DNA of 25,143 nucleotides, from positions 1 to 25,143 of IMG/VR virus record IMGVR_UViG_3300010361_000037; one strand, written 5' to 3'. The stretch comes from a virus (lineage: Duplodnaviria > Caudoviricetes). The position numbers and the translations under genes are program-made. A model generated the notes under the pieces. The model had not been told where the DNA came from and ran no database searches. It saw only the letters and a list, made by a program, of their open reading frames with translations. Of this stretch, positions 24,319-25,143 are shown in pieces (positions within the stretch are counted from its first letter, which is position 1; the number at the start of each line of letters is the position of its first letter).

Positions 24319-25143
24319 ATGCCGGGAGTGGATTCGGCGTACCTGTGTCCCGCGCCTTTTGAGGGCGCGTCGGACAACCGCGAGATCGCGAGCGCCAATT
24401 CGCTGCTGGCCTGGGCCAAGGACATCGTCAGCGACGGCCGCTCCTACCTGCGCCTGCAGCCCGCCTATCCTTTCATCCAGGATGGGCTGGACCTGGTCAA
24501 CGGCGAGACCCAGTCCACCCCCGTGGGCACGCTTTCCAGGATGCGCACCGACCAGACCGTGCGCAACGCCAAGGAGCTGATCGCGGCCCAGACCAATATC
24601 CGCATCATCCCCGCCTTCAAGTCGACGATGGAGGAGTTCAAGCGCCAGGAGAGCATCCTCAACAAGAGCTTCATGGCCTGGCAGTCCATGACCTTCGCCG
24701 ATAGAAAGCTGCGCAAGGCCTGGCAGTACGCCGAGATCGCCGGGACCGGCTATGTGGGCACGCGCTACGATCCTAACCACTGGTACCGGGGTAGAGGAGA
24801 TATCGTGTGGGACGCCTATGGCCCGCTCGACGTGCTGCCGGTGGGGATGGGCCGCCAGCACGATCTGCAGAAGGCCTACGCTGTGGCGCTCCGGGTCGAG
24901 ACCCCGGTTCATGAGGCCTGGCGCCTGTTTCCGCTCTATGTAGATCAGATCAAGCCGGCGCGCGATTCGCGCGCGGGCCACGGCGTGGTCATCAGCCAGG
25001 CGGTCAAGTTCGCCACCGCCGTGCTCAAGCGCTTCGGACAGGGGGCGCGCTACGAGCGCGAGCCCGCGCCCTGGGCCATGGTGGATGTTTTCTACATCTA
25101 CGTGGACGACGACTCGGTCAACGATACCGGCGAGCCGGTCAAG
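24319..25143 (+). CDS. Probable portal protein, N-terminal 275 aa (runs off the window; absent from ORF track)
   Basis: Open frame MPGVDSAYLCP...AWQYAEIAGTGYVGTRYDP...GDIVWDAYGPLDVLP, a pattern like P22/T7-type portals; downstream of TerL; TAGAAT 6 nt before the ATG. Confidence 0.75.
   Translation, partial: MPGVDSAYLCPAPFEGASDNREIASANSLLAWAKDIVSDGRSYLRLQPAYPFIQDGLDLVNGETQSTPVGTLSRMRTDQTVRNAKELIAAQTNIRIIPAFKSTMEEFKRQESILNKSFMAWQSMTFADRKLRKAWQYAEIAGTGYVGTRYDPNHWYRGRGDIVWDAYGPLDVLPVGMGRQHDLQKAYAVALRVETPVHEAWRLFPLYVDQIKPARDSRAGHGVVISQAVKFATAVLKRFGQGARYEREPAPWAMVDVFYIYVDDDSVNDTGEPVK

Overview
A 25 kb segment of a GC-rich temperate tailed phage genome, apparently in its unintegrated state because a candidate intact attP sits mid-window with phage genes on both sides. 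From left to right it holds a non-coding repeat-rich stretch and small regulatory or accessory genes (two ribbon-helix-helix-like ORFs, DUF6166). Next come a stand-alone minus-strand cassette of two paralogous tail-fibre genes with C-terminal S74 intramolecular chaperones, and an origin-like repeat region. A long leftward early operon follows (YqaJ exonuclease, putative annealing protein, excisionase-like HTH, Zn-finger proteins, VRR-NUC, Prim-Pol/AAA helicase), with a tyrosine integrase and attP embedded in it in the opposite orientation. After a degenerate AAA+-like ORF and a Pro/Trp repeat protein, the rightward late operon begins (candidate TerS, TerL, KTSC, a split HNH with a Lar-like insert, and a portal-like ORF cut by the window end). 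The most unusual signal is that the early operon forms an almost gapless chain of stop/start-coupled ORFs. One link is a 484-codon antisense ORF that spans the integrase and attP, so integration would sever the chain upstream of the replication genes. All protein calls come from motifs recognised by eye; no searches were run.
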